A DNA stretch of 37,915 nucleotides, taken from the IMG/VR virus record IMGVR_UViG_3300016476_000680, positions 1 through 37,915 of that record; one strand, given 5' to 3'. This document shows positions 8,641 through 18,291 of this stretch, one piece after another. How positions within the stretch are numbered: the stretch's first letter is position 1; each line of letters starts with the position of its first letter. Made by a program: the position numbers and the translations under genes. The notes beneath the pieces are model-generated. The model saw only the letters and a program-made list of their open reading frames with translations. It was not told the origin of the DNA and did not search any database. Origin of the DNA: a virus. Lineage: Duplodnaviria; Caudoviricetes.

Positions 8641-10617
8641 ATGGCTATATCGGGTTTACAAGAAATTAATGTAGGTTTACCTAACGAATCTGCTAACAGT
8701 GATTCGTTATATACCGCCTTCACTAAAACACAAGACAACTTTACAAATTTATTTGCTAATGCTGGTCCTGTGCCTATTGCAGGAAACGGCATAACAGTAA
8801 GCAATATATCAAATGTAATTACTGTTTCAGCTAACTTAATTGCAGGTAATAATATTGTTCTTACTAATAGTAGTGGAGCAATTATTATTGATGCTGTTAC
8901 TGGAGGACCTAGTGGGAGTATTACTGGGGTTTTACCAGGCACTGGACTAACTGGCGGCGGTTATAACGGAAATGTAACTTTAGGCTTAGCCACATCAGGT
9001 GTGACACCTGCTTCTTATACTAATCCTACTATCACTGTCGATGCTACTGGTAGAATAACTAGTGCATCTAACAACACTGTAGCAGGTACAGTAACCAGCG
9101 TAGGCTTGGTAGGTGGTAGTGGTATAACGATAAGCGGTGGACCAGTTACCAGTAGCGGACTTATTACTGTTACTAATGCAGGTGTTACGCGATTGACTGC
9201 TGGAACAGGAATATCATTGTCTAGTAGTAATGGAAATGTAACTGTTTCAGCAAACACAACAAGCGGTACTGTAACTAGTGTAGGTGTTAGTAGCTCTCAG
9301 TTAGTTATAACTGGAAGTCCAGTAGTAACCTCGGGAACTATAGGAATAAACTTACCTGCTAATGCTACATTTGCTGGTAATGTAACAGCAGGAAATGTAT
9401 TCGCTAATTCAGGAAATATAAAAGCAAATATAATACTTGCCAACGGCGGAAACATAAACGGTAATTTAGTAGTTACTGGAAATATCTCTCCTGCTACTGA
9501 AACTAAAGTAGGTGGTATTAAGGCAGGACCAGGGGCTAATGTTAGTTTAGATGGCACACTTACTATAGATACTGCTAACATACCTCTTTCTTTTGGCAAC
9601 TTTACTGCAAGCAATAACGTCTTACAAATTGACAGTATAGATCAAGACATGGTCTTGCGTACACAAGGTGATGCTGAGATTCAACTAGTGGGCAACATAG
9701 GTTTCTACAAGCCCGACGGTTTACCACCCAATATTGCTAATAGATACTTTCATGCCACTGATGATGGTCAGATAACGATATTAGTCCCTGATGCTGATCC
9801 TACATCTAGTGCGGTAAAGATAATAGGTAGTAGTTCTGGAAACTTTTCACCTCCTATAAACACAGGCGTTATGTTACACATAACCGGACAACAAACTATT
9901 CCAAGTAGACTTTACAACGACGGCATAGGTAGCTTTGCTGCATTTGTGGGCAGAAGAATAAACGGGACTGTTGACACACCAACAGCAGTACAATCAGGAG
10001 ATGAGTTAATTAGAATATCCAGTACTGGATATAACGGTACATCTGTATCTGGTAACGGTAGTGCTAGAATTGTGTTTCAAGCGATGGAAAACTTTACTGA
10101 AGCTAATACAGGAAGTAATCTAAGCTTTTGGACTGCTGCAATAGGAAGTAATACACTAACCAAGATAGTTACTGTAGACAGTGCGAATGGTTTGATTGCT
10201 ACTAAAGTAGAATCTGCTGGAAACATAACTGCAGGAAACATATTCAGTAGCGGAGCGATAACTAGTAATTCTGCAACAGCAGGGGTAGGATATGCCACAG
10301 GATCAGGTGGAACAGCCACACAGAACAATAGCAAAAGTGATCCAGTAACTCTAAACAAAATTACTGGTGAAATTACTATGAACAGTGCTCAGTTGAGCGG
10401 TGATTCTACCGTTTCGTTCACATTAAACAATTCTACCATCACTAATAAAGACGTTATGATTATCAATCAAGTTAGTACTGCCAACGCAGGAGTGTATAGC
10501 TTTAATGCTATATGTAATTCAGGCAATGCCGTTATAGCAGTACATAACATGACTAACACCAACCGCAGTGACGCAATCGTATTACGATTCGTAGTGATTA
10601 AAGGGGCCACAAGTTAA
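8641..10617 (+). CDS. virion structural protein (baseplate- or tail-fibre-like)
   Basis: N-terminal INVG..N....DSLY.AF.K...NF motif typical of T4-like baseplate/fibre proteins; G/T/S/N-rich repeats (GTVTSV); TAAATA upstream. Confidence 0.75.
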   Translation: MAISGLQEINVGLPNESANSDSLYTAFTKTQDNFTNLFANAGPVPIAGNGITVSNISNVITVSANLIAGNNIVLTNSSGAIIIDAVTGGPSGSITGVLPGTGLTGGGYNGNVTLGLATSGVTPASYTNPTITVDATGRITSASNNTVAGTVTSVGLVGGSGITISGGPVTSSGLITVTNAGVTRLTAGTGISLSSSNGNVTVSANTTSGTVTSVGVSSSQLVITGSPVVTSGTIGINLPANATFAGNVTAGNVFANSGNIKANIILANGGNINGNLVVTGNISPATETKVGGIKAGPGANVSLDGTLTIDTANIPLSFGNFTASNNVLQIDSIDQDMVLRTQGDAEIQLVGNIGFYKPDGLPPNIANRYFHATDDGQITILVPDADPTSSAVKIIGSSSGNFSPPINTGVMLHITGQQTIPSRLYNDGIGSFAAFVGRRINGTVDTPTAVQSGDELIRISSTGYNGTSVSGNGSARIVFQAMENFTEANTGSNLSFWTAAIGSNTLTKIVTVDSANGLIATKVESAGNITAGNIFSSGAITSNSATAGVGYATGSGGTATQNNSKSDPVTLNKITGEITMNSAQLSGDSTVSFTLNNSTITNKDVMIINQVSTANAGVYSFNAICNSGNAVIAVHNMTNTNRSDAIVLRFVVIKGATS

Positions 10618-10628
10618 AGGAAAATAAA

Positions 10629-12452
10629 ATGACCGGAACTATAAAAATAACAGGATTGAATAATATCGGTAATGATATTTCTCCAAGCACATTAGTGCCA
10701 GTAGTTGATGTGAGTGGTACGCCTACTACTGAAAAAGCTAATTTACAAATTGTAGGAAACTTGATATTAAACGGAGCAGGTGGTGCTAACTTTGTTGCAG
10801 CAGCTCAAGCAATTAATGCTCAGACAGTAAGTAATGCAGCACAACCTGCTATCACTTCAGTAGGTACATTGACTAGCTTAATAGTAAGCGGTACTACTGA
10901 TTTAGGCAGTGTTGCTAATGTTACATTAACTGGCGGCGTTTCTGGATATGTGTTATCGACTGACGGTTTTGGCGGCCTATCATGGGTTGCTGGTGGCGGC
11001 GGTGGATTCTCGGGATTTAGTGGGATAAGCGGTTATTCAGGTATTAGCGGTGAATCGGGATTCAGTGGCATAAGTGGTTACTCTGGTACAAGCGGCTTTT
11101 CAGGTCCCCAAGGAGAAACAGGAGCAACTGGTGCCGGCACGTCAGGTTTCTCTGGTATATCTGGTTATTCAGGCGAAGCTGGCACTCAAGGCGTATCAGG
11201 CTTTAGTGGCATAAGTGGTTACTCGGGTGCAATTGGTGTAAGTGGATATTCAGGTCAGACTGGACCACAAGGTACTTCAGGATTCAGTGGTGCAGGTGTA
11301 AGCGGGTTTAGTGGTATCAGTGGGTTCTCGGGAATAAGTGGATTTAGTGGTTCGGGAGGCGGCGCGTTCTCTTACTGTAATACAAACAACATTACATCAT
11401 GTGCGTTGACTGATCACACTGCAATAGTAACAGCGAGTAATAACTTCTTCGCTGGGTGTGATACTGGTAAAGCTATTGCATACGGATCCAATAATAATTT
11501 CATAGGATTGCAAGCTGGTAGATGTAATACTGATGGTTGTTACAATAACTTTTTTGGTTTTGGAGCAGGTTACTATAACACAACAGGTTCACATAACACA
11601 TTTATTGGAATGAGGGCAGGATTTTGTTCTACTACCGGTTCATATAACTTCTTTGTAGGAAGATATGCCGGACGAAATAATACTACCGGAGCATATAACA
11701 CGTTTATCGGTGGTTATGCTGGCGCAAAAAATACTGGTGGTTATCATAACAATTTCTTCGGGTTCAATGCAGGATGCTACAATAGCACTGGTTCTCATAA
11801 CAATTTCTTTGGATTCGGTACAGGACAATACAGCTCGACTAGTAGTAATAACAATTTCTTCGGTCAAGATGCTGGAAATAAAAACACTACCGGATCTCAT
11901 AACAATTTCTTCGGTCAAGATGCTGGCCGCGAAAACACTACAGGTTCATATAATACTTTTATTGGACATCAAGCTGGTTGCTGTAATACCACTGGTTCAA
12001 ATAACTTGTTCTTTGGTCGTGATTCTGGTGTTGGAACAAACGGCTTAGCAAACATTACTACTGAATCTGATCGCATTATCATGGGTAACTCAAGTCATAC
12101 TTGTGCTCAAATACAAATAGGTTGGACAACTGTGTCTGACATGCGTGATAAGTGTATATTTGGTCAGGTACCACATGGTAGAGGCTTCTTACAGAATCTT
12201 AATCCAATCTCCTTCTCGTTTAAAGATAGAGCATCCAATGAAATCAAGGACGTTAAAAAGCGTTATGGTTTCTCAGCACAAGAAATACTAGAAGCAGAAG
12301 GCAATGATCCAGTTATCGTAAGTACTGAAAATCCTGACAAGCTGTCAATTACTAGTGATTACTTGATACCTATTTTAGTTAATGCGATTAAAGAACTGTC
12401 AAGCGAACTAGAAGCATTAAAACTAAGAATAGAACACTTAGAAAACAAGTAA
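10629..12452 (+). CDS. tail fibre protein with G-x-S triplet region, 14-aa NNFFG repeats and a C-terminal S74 intramolecular chaperone
   Basis: SGFSGISGYSG repeats; NNFFGxxAGxxNTT repeats; SDMRDK...GFSAQE...LVNAIKEL plus coiled coil. Confidence 0.85.
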   Translation: MTGTIKITGLNNIGNDISPSTLVPVVDVSGTPTTEKANLQIVGNLILNGAGGANFVAAAQAINAQTVSNAAQPAITSVGTLTSLIVSGTTDLGSVANVTLTGGVSGYVLSTDGFGGLSWVAGGGGGFSGFSGISGYSGISGESGFSGISGYSGTSGFSGPQGETGATGAGTSGFSGISGYSGEAGTQGVSGFSGISGYSGAIGVSGYSGQTGPQGTSGFSGAGVSGFSGISGFSGISGFSGSGGGAFSYCNTNNITSCALTDHTAIVTASNNFFAGCDTGKAIAYGSNNNFIGLQAGRCNTDGCYNNFFGFGAGYYNTTGSHNTFIGMRAGFCSTTGSYNFFVGRYAGRNNTTGAYNTFIGGYAGAKNTGGYHNNFFGFNAGCYNSTGSHNNFFGFGTGQYSSTSSNNNFFGQDAGNKNTTGSHNNFFGQDAGRENTTGSYNTFIGHQAGCCNTTGSNNLFFGRDSGVGTNGLANITTESDRIIMGNSSHTCAQIQIGWTTVSDMRDKCIFGQVPHGRGFLQNLNPISFSFKDRASNEIKDVKKRYGFSAQEILEAEGNDPVIVSTENPDKLSITSDYLIPILVNAIKELSSELEALKLRIEHLENK

Positions 12453-12466
12453 TATTTCTCTAACTG

Positions 12467-12511
12467 ATCCCTGCTATAAATATTTTTAATTAAATAGCAG
12501 GGATTTTTTTT
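12467..12511 (+). terminator. terminator-like hairpin enclosing a TATAAATA late promoter
   Basis: ATCCCTGCTA/TAGCAGGGAT stem plus T-run; TATAAATA at 12475-12482. Confidence 0.6.
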
Positions 12512-13639
12512 ATGTCACAAAAATTTAGATTTCATATCCTAGGTTTACCTCACACTGTAACGAACAAAGACTACACGGCGTGTGCGTATACACAAAAAGT
12601 TTTAAAGTTTGGTAAAATGATGAAAGCACGTGGTCACACGGTTATTCATTATGGTCACGAGGACTCTAATCTTGAATGTACTGAGCATGTAACAGTTATC
12701 ACCAATCGTGACTTAGAAATAGCATACGGTAATTATGACTGGAGAAGCAACTTTTTTAAGTTCAATGTAACAGATCATGCCTACCAAACTTTTTATAGAA
12801 ATGCGATTGCCGAAGTAGGCAAGCGTAAACAGCCTCTTGATTTTATATTGCCTTTTTGGGGAGCTGGAGTAAGACCGGTATGTGACGCACATCCTGACTT
12901 GATCACAGTAGAACCTGGTATAGGTTACGCGCACGGACATTGGGCTAAGTGGAAAATATTTGAAAGCTATGCGATATATCATGCGTATTGCGGATTAGAT
13001 AATGTAGGCACTTGTAAACAAAGTTGGTATGATTGCGTGATCCCCAACTACTTTGATCCAGACGATTTTACTTTTCAAGAAAAGAAAGAAGATTACTTTT
13101 TATTTTTAGGTAGAGTGTATTCAGGTAAAGGCATAGATATAGCAATACAAGCCACTGAAGCGGCAGGAGAAAAATTAATAATTGCTGGACAAAACCCTGA
13201 GAACAGAAATTTTCCTAGTCATGTAGAATTTGTTGGTTATGCCGATGTTGAGAAAAGAAAAAAACTTATGGCAGGAGCCAAGGGTGCTTTCGTACCATCA
13301 ATGTATGTAGAACCTTTTGGTGGTGTACAAATAGAAATGCTTTTCTCTGGCACACCCACAATCACAACAGACTGGGGAGCGTTTGCTGAAAACAACATTC
13401 ACGGTGTCACTGGATATCGTTGTAGAACGTTTGACCATTTTGTCCATGCTACTCAGAACATCAACAAGATTGACCCCAAGAATTGCAGACAGTGGGCAGA
13501 GAACTTCACGCTAGATAAGATAGCGCCCATGTATGAAGAGTATTTCAGAAATGTTTACGATGTGCATACCAATAAAGGCTGGTATGAAAGACATGAAAGA
13601 GATAACTTGGATTGGTTTAAACGAGACATTCCCAGATAA
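12512..13639 (+). CDS. GT-B (family 4-like) glycosyltransferase
   Basis: IPNYFD, FLGR...[11 protein letters not shown] (Ex7E), [10 protein letters not shown]. Confidence 0.9.
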   Translation: MSQKFRFHILGLPHTVTNKDYTACAYTQKVLKFGKMMKARGHTVIHYGHEDSNLECTEHVTVITNRDLEIAYGNYDWRSNFFKFNVTDHAYQTFYRNAIAEVGKRKQPLDFILPFWGAGVRPVCDAHPDLITVEPGIGYAHGHWAKWKIFESYAIYHAYCGLDNVGTCKQSWYDCVIPNYFDPDDFTFQEKKEDYFLFLGRVYSGKGIDIAIQATEAAGEKLIIAGQNPENRNFPSHVEFVGYADVEKRKKLMAGAKGAFVPSMYVEPFGGVQIEMLFSGTPTITTDWGAFAENNIHGVTGYRCRTFDHFVHATQNINKIDPKNCRQWAENFTLDKIAPMYEEYFRNVYDVHTNKGWYERHERDNLDWFKRDIPR

Positions 13640-13667
13640 AGAAAAGCCCCAGTTAAGGGGCTTTTCT
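13640..13667. terminator. bidirectional terminator between convergent genes
   Basis: AGAAAAGCCCC-agttaa-GGGGCTTTTCT. Confidence 0.8.
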
Positions 13668-13682
13668 CTTGCCCTTAACGGT

Positions 13683-14039
13683 TTACTCAGTTACCGCAGC
13701 GAGTACATCCTCAGCAGTAGTAGTTGCCTTCTTGCGACTACGTGCCTTGATAGCATCAAGCGATGGCTTAGCTTTTACTACCTTTGGTTCTTTGACACGA
13801 TCATGCAGAGCTTCATTGATAGTTGCTTGATCCGCCGGAGATGCAAACTCGGGGCGAGTGAGCATATAATTGAGTGCGTCAACCTTGTTCATTTCGTTCG
13901 GCAACTCAATAAAGTCGCAGCGAGTAGCTCCGCCCTTAGAGAACTGTTTTACACGACGGATTAGATCGTGTGTGAAACGAACCTTGGAGTCGTTATTGTG
14001 AGTTGTGATACCTACTACAGTAAAAGTCTTGCTTGTCAT
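13683..14039 (-). CDS. conserved hypothetical phage protein
   Basis: FTVVG...KVRF...R.K...K.G...IELP..M.K pattern; has its own promoter. Confidence 0.7.
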   Translation of the reverse strand: MTSKTFTVVGITTHNNDSKVRFTHDLIRRVKQFSKGGATRCDFIELPNEMNKVDALNYMLTRPEFASPADQATINEALHDRVKEPKVVKAKPSLDAIKARSRKKATTTAEDVLAAVTE

Positions 14040-14094
14040 ACAAAATTACCTATGTAATTTAAAGTTAAAGTTAGTGTGCAACATGCACAATTAT

Positions 14095-14132
14095 ATGTTA
14101 ACACGAGTACTGATATAAGTCAATACTCGTGT
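14095..14132 (-). promoter_or_regulatory. sigma70 promoter overlapped by an inverted repeat
   Basis: TTGACT-17-TAACAT; ACACGAGTA...TACTCGTGT flanks the -35. Confidence 0.55.
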
Positions 14133-14143
14133 TGCCCAATTTG

Positions 14144-14293
14144 TTATCGAGGCTTATGTGCAGCCTCAGACAGCAATCGATTGCCGTACTGTGCTTTAAG
14201 CATTTGTGTAGCGGCGTATTGATTTGGTGCCTGAATTTCTACGCGGATAATACCGTTACCTGAAGTACTTACCAGTGCAAAAAAAGTGTGCAT
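14144..14293 (-). CDS. small hypothetical protein (49 aa, not in the ORF track)
   Basis: AGGAG RBS; MHTFFALVSTSGNGIIRVEIQAPNQYAATQMLKAQYG... Confidence 0.7.
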   Translation of the reverse strand: MHTFFALVSTSGNGIIRVEIQAPNQYAATQMLKAQYGNRLLSEAAHKPR

Positions 14294-14318
14294 ATCGTTC
14301 TCCTAAAGTTAGTTAAAG

Positions 14319-14534
14319 TTAATCCAGCAAAGTCATGTATTCATTGGGGAAGTTGTCGATGAACCAATCAAGGCCTTGACGGACCGTGGTCCAATCACCG
14401 ATCATTTCAGCACCCTTAATCACATCGTATACCGCTACCGCTTCGGGAGTCAGCATACAAGATTCACCAGAAAACGGATTGGTAACCTCAACCGGTGCAT
14501 CATCAAGGATAAGACATTCAAACGGAAGTTTCAT
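14319..14534 (-). CDS. hypothetical protein
   Basis: AGGAG RBS; NPFSGE...AVYDVIKG...YMTLLD conserved-looking pattern. Confidence 0.75.
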   Translation of the reverse strand: MKLPFECLILDDAPVEVTNPFSGESCMLTPEAVAVYDVIKGAEMIGDWTTVRQGLDWFIDNFPNEYMTLLD

Positions 14535-14546
14535 ACTAATCTCCTA

Positions 14547-14780
14547 TTATCCGAGAACAATCACACGGTCAAACTTGTCGTCAAGCAGACCCTTACCCTG
14601 AAGAGGGGTTTTGAACGTTGCAGAACACAGATCGTATTCTTTGTTTTCACTAACTGCCTTAATCACACTAGCGGTAATGTAAACATCGGTTACGTTAATC
14701 ACTTTCCCGATTATATAGCAATCAGTCATGCCGGGAAAGTCATAAGCTTTAATAATGCTACCGATCTGTACTTTAGTCAT
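14547..14780 (-). CDS. hypothetical protein (SH3-like beta pattern)
   Basis: GGAG RBS; directly downstream of a promoter. Confidence 0.7.
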   Translation of the reverse strand: MTKVQIGSIIKAYDFPGMTDCYIIGKVINVTDVYITASVIKAVSENKEYDLCSATFKTPLQGKGLLDDKFDRVIVLG

Positions 14781-14811
14781 TTTCTGCTCCGTTTCTCAAC
14801 TCTATGTAACT

Positions 14812-14839
14812 ATTATAGCAGGTTTGGAACTAGAGTCAA
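14812..14839 (-). promoter_or_regulatory. early sigma70 promoter
   Basis: TTGACT-16-TATAAT with extended TG. Confidence 0.8.
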
Positions 14840-14870
14840 TCCTTTTTAATAAAAATAATTTCTCTAATAA

Positions 14871-14940
14871 AATCAAAAACTTACCACTGAGCTAAGTGAT
14901 TGATCTATAATGAGTTTTTTCACGATAAATCAATCACTTA
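14871..14940. promoter_or_regulatory. cluster of IHF-consensus sites
   Basis: WATCAANNNNTTR at 14871 and 14928; near-match on the reverse strand at 14893. Confidence 0.65.
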
Positions 14941-14948
14941 CAGCAAAC

Positions 14949-15902
14949 CTATACATTTAGACCAAATTCATGAGCATAGACGCGCAACAGCCATTTATCC
15001 CAGAATTCAGTGTCTACATGCTCAGGTAAGTTACTGTTTTCACTCAGTTTTTCAATTTCAGCTACCAAGCGTTCTAGCTCGGAACCAACTTGAGCGAAAT
15101 CTAGCTTACCCTGCTTAACTTGCTTTAGGAACTCAGTTTCCTTCAGCGGGTAGCTAAAGTCACCGTCACGATAGATATCACGAGCCTGATAACCAGCCCT
15201 CAGAGCATGCGACATAGCTTTCCAGTCTACTCCCTCGTTCTGTTCAGCCAGTTTAGCCCTGTGACCGTAACCGTCATACATCTGCTGCAAACGTTCAATC
15301 GTGTACAGAACCGTGTTAGTGCTCTGGTACATCTTGGCGTTTACCATGTAAAACTCGTTATCGTGACCTACGCTGGGGTTTGGTTTAACTTTCCACTCAG
15401 CGTATTCGCCAAAGTACACCTGATCTTTGACTTCACCAAGTGTCAGATTTTGGTCCAGTTTAGCCAGCGAGTCAATTGCTTGCTTGATATCAGCCAGCCT
15501 AGAACCCTTGACTCCATACTTTGCAGCCTGCTGTTTTACGTAACCCACAAAAGCTTTCAGGTTCTTGCTGTAAAACTTTGTGCGGTTAGCAACCAACTCG
15601 TCCCAGACAGGAGTTGCAACCTCTGGGCGAGCGCAATGCAGCATGTCGATAGCGTAAGTTTCGCCTTGTACGGCGTGCTTGATAAACTGCGGCAAGCTTA
15701 CCACTTCAGTATCAACATCACCGGCACTATTCTTGGCGTGCTCGGGACCAGTACTTGTTACGATAGTCTTGGGAAAACTGTTCAGCAACAGTTCTTCAAG
15801 AGTGGGCATAAAGATACCCTTGTAATCAACATCACTAGTGGGTGTGTTCAGACCATACAAGTGACTACCAAATTTCATGTTTACAACAGTAGGTTTTCTC
15901 AT
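14949..15902 (-). CDS. nrdC.11: nucleotidyltransferase, T4 NrdC.11-like (Pol-beta superfamily)
   Basis: FGSHLYG.NTP.SDVDYKGIF, GET.AIDMLH, QAAKYGVKGSRL, DWKAMSHA.R. Confidence 0.88.
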   Translation of the reverse strand: MRKPTVVNMKFGSHLYGLNTPTSDVDYKGIFMPTLEELLLNSFPKTIVTSTGPEHAKNSAGDVDTEVVSLPQFIKHAVQGETYAIDMLHCARPEVATPVWDELVANRTKFYSKNLKAFVGYVKQQAAKYGVKGSRLADIKQAIDSLAKLDQNLTLGEVKDQVYFGEYAEWKVKPNPSVGHDNEFYMVNAKMYQSTNTVLYTIERLQQMYDGYGHRAKLAEQNEGVDWKAMSHALRAGYQARDIYRDGDFSYPLKETEFLKQVKQGKLDFAQVGSELERLVAEIEKLSENSNLPEHVDTEFWDKWLLRVYAHEFGLNV

Positions 15903-16243
15903 TTTTCCATATACTCTTTAGCTTTTCTTACTTGATGATAATGCCGCCAATTAGTTACTCTATGCAGTGTCACACCAAATACAACTGCTGAAAACATTAG
16001 TGCGTATATTGTATCCTCAGCAAACAGCGCCAGTCCCGCATACACTGCTAGAAACATAACAAGCTTGGCGTACATTCGGTCGATTGTAAAGATAGCAAGT
16101 ACTGCTATAGTTTGGGTAACTGCAAGATCAGAAAAGGGTAGATCAGTTGCCCACACAAGTACTCGGTTGACAATCGCCGCACCAAAGATAAACACTAACA
16201 CCCAAATCCAATCACTTGCGCTCAGGGGTCGATAGTCACTCAT
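15899..16243 (-). CDS. hypothetical membrane protein
   Basis: About four hydrophobic segments. Confidence 0.65.
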   Translation of the reverse strand: MSDYRPLSASDWIWVLVFIFGAAIVNRVLVWATDLPFSDLAVTQTIAVLAIFTIDRMYAKLVMFLAVYAGLALFAEDTIYALMFSAVVFGVTLHRVTNWRHYHQVRKAKEYMEK

Positions 16244-16247
16244 TTAA

Positions 16248-16667
16248 TTAAGCCTCAGTTACGATGTAGGGTTTGTTCCACTTACCAACATTCACGTCCA
16301 CGTAGTATGCGGTGTCGAAGTAATCAACCATCGCATCACTACGATCATACCAGTCTGCACCTTTCAGAGCAGCGAGAGCTTCAGTCAAAAACTCCTTAGC
16401 TTCGCCGTCAAAGTGATCCTGATACCAGTAAGGGTTCACGTCAATGTAACCAGTAGTGTTCGGCCGAAAACCGCGAGACACCTGATAATGATCGTTACCG
16501 CAAACACGATTCAGATTACCGATAAAGTCGATTTTACCAGACTTCAGGGTCAATACGATAGTGCTATGGTTGCGAACACTCAGCGAGCCCTTAACGCTGT
16601 ACTTAGCAAGAATGGGCTTGATCTTAGATGCGATCACTGCTTTCTTTTCACTGTTCATGTACGCCAT
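16248..16667 (-). CDS. conserved hypothetical phage protein
   Basis: MAYMN.E.K...DRSDAMVDYFDTAYY...GKW.KPY; AGGAG RBS. Confidence 0.75.
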   Translation of the reverse strand: MAYMNSEKKAVIASKIKPILAKYSVKGSLSVRNHSTIVLTLKSGKIDFIGNLNRVCGNDHYQVSRGFRPNTTGYIDVNPYWYQDHFDGEAKEFLTEALAALKGADWYDRSDAMVDYFDTAYYVDVNVGKWNKPYIVTEA

Positions 16668-16699
16668 TCTTCGTGCTCCTGTTCGTTGACTATATAGCT

Positions 16700-16727
16700 A
16701 TTATAGCAGATTGGGCAGGAATGTCAA
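16700..16727 (-). promoter_or_regulatory. early sigma70 promoter
   Basis: TTGACA-16-TATAAT with extended TG. Confidence 0.85.
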
Positions 16728-16770
16728 GCCTTTGGATGAAAATAAAATATGAACAAAATCAATGAGATAC

Positions 16771-16797
16771 AAAAAAGCCCCAATTAAGGGGCCTTCT
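16771..16797 (-). terminator. intrinsic terminator
   Basis: GCCCC/GGGGC stem plus T-run on the minus strand. Confidence 0.7.
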
Positions 16798-16816
16798 CGT
16801 CTAGCGGTTAGAAGTA

Positions 16817-18181
16817 TTATCTAGCAGCAAGTTCGCTGGCTGCTTTTGCGCGTCTTTCAGCAACAATACGATCATATTCTGCTTTGCCTTCATCACCTTC
16901 AAAGTGAGTAACAGCTATCCACGCATGTGTCATTTCATCTGCGGTGCGACTACCTTCTACAACCCAGAAATCAGGATCAGGGTTATTTGGGTTATTAGCA
17001 GTATTGTCATACCATTGCTTGATCACTAGCACTGCTCCTGCAGGAACAAGAGGAGCAACATCTTCTTCATACAAGTGACTGTGGTGCCATGTTGCGCTCC
17101 AGTTAGAAATTTGACTGATTTGTTCAGTACGACCAGTTTCTGGGTAGTAAATCTCTAGTGATGCGGCTCTCATTCTCAAGTGTCCGTGTGGCTGGAAGCT
17201 ATCAATACGCACAGGATAATCAAATGAATGGAAACCTTGTGTCATTGCAGTTCCGTTTGGAGGAACAATCAGTTCACCTTGATTCAAACGGTACAGAGCC
17301 AAGTCTTGCTTTAGCTTAACTTCGTTCTGATAACCTTCAGGGTGTAGCCAAATACCAATCTGAACCACATTGTTTTCGATTACTGTGCCAGGAGCAGTTG
17401 CACCTACACCACCAGGAAACAAGTGAATGTCCCAACGAATACGAGCATTAGCTGGTAGTGTACGGCATACGCCATCAGGTGCTACTTCGCCCCACTTACC
17501 CATCGCGTATTCAGTTAGCATACCAACATCTTCGTATTCACCATCAGCATTCATGATTTCTACATTAGAGTTAGCATGGTGAACAACAGCTTTCGCATTA
17601 CCTGCAGGCTTTACTTGAATTGCTTTAATGCAACGATCAGTAGTCAAACCAGTCATTACATATGGACGATGCCACATGTCGTTGCCGATTGCAGGAACAT
17701 CAATAGGTGCTGAATCAAGAACTACAGTTGGCTGTCCAAACATTGGAGCAAAGTTCCATTCATCAGCAGATGGCAAATCAGCTACCGGATGAGTGCGATC
17801 ACCCCAATCACCTTCAGGAGCACCTTGTGCTACCCACTGAGTAATAGTGTTGATTTCTTCATCTGACAAACGCCAGTCACCTTGCAACTCTTGAATACCA
17901 ATATGGTCATCGTAAGAGTACGGAGGCATTTCTTTGTTGGCAACTCGCAATCCAACAAGCGGCGCCCATGGACGAACTTGTTCATAGCTAGTTAATTGCA
18001 TTGGACCGATACCACCTTCGCGGTGACATACTACGCAGTTATCAGTGATAATCTGAGCAACATGATCAGCGTAAGTGATTTGGTTTTCAGTTACAGACAA
18101 ACCAGTTTGTGCTTGTGCTGCTGAACCAAGCAATGCCGCAAATACTACTGCGGTAAATACCTTAGTTAAAACGTTTTTCAT
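16817..18181 (-). CDS. secreted c-type cytochrome / copper type II (PHM/DBH-like) monooxygenase-like protein
   Basis: Signal peptide (AQA), CVVCH...MPP heme-c motif, VVHHA, PHGHLR, DEM. Confidence 0.75.
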   Translation of the reverse strand: MKNVLTKVFTAVVFAALLGSAAQAQTGLSVTENQITYADHVAQIITDNCVVCHREGGIGPMQLTSYEQVRPWAPLVGLRVANKEMPPYSYDDHIGIQELQGDWRLSDEEINTITQWVAQGAPEGDWGDRTHPVADLPSADEWNFAPMFGQPTVVLDSAPIDVPAIGNDMWHRPYVMTGLTTDRCIKAIQVKPAGNAKAVVHHANSNVEIMNADGEYEDVGMLTEYAMGKWGEVAPDGVCRTLPANARIRWDIHLFPGGVGATAPGTVIENNVVQIGIWLHPEGYQNEVKLKQDLALYRLNQGELIVPPNGTAMTQGFHSFDYPVRIDSFQPHGHLRMRAASLEIYYPETGRTEQISQISNWSATWHHSHLYEEDVAPLVPAGAVLVIKQWYDNTANNPNNPDPDFWVVEGSRTADEMTHAWIAVTHFEGDEGKAEYDRIVAERRAKAASELAAR

Positions 18182-18291
18182 TTTTTACTTCTCCTTTATG
18201 AGATTTTAATACTTCACATGAAGTATACTTATATTTATACTATTTTATTATAAATAACAAGTTTCGCTTTACCCAAAACAAAAGCCCTCTA

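Noticed and set aside
11000-12020. Tandem DNA repeats as a possible CRISPR array or DGR template
   Set aside because: The repeats are degenerate at synonymous positions and encode protein repeats. There is no repeat-spacer pattern, adenine-specific variant pair or reverse transcriptase.
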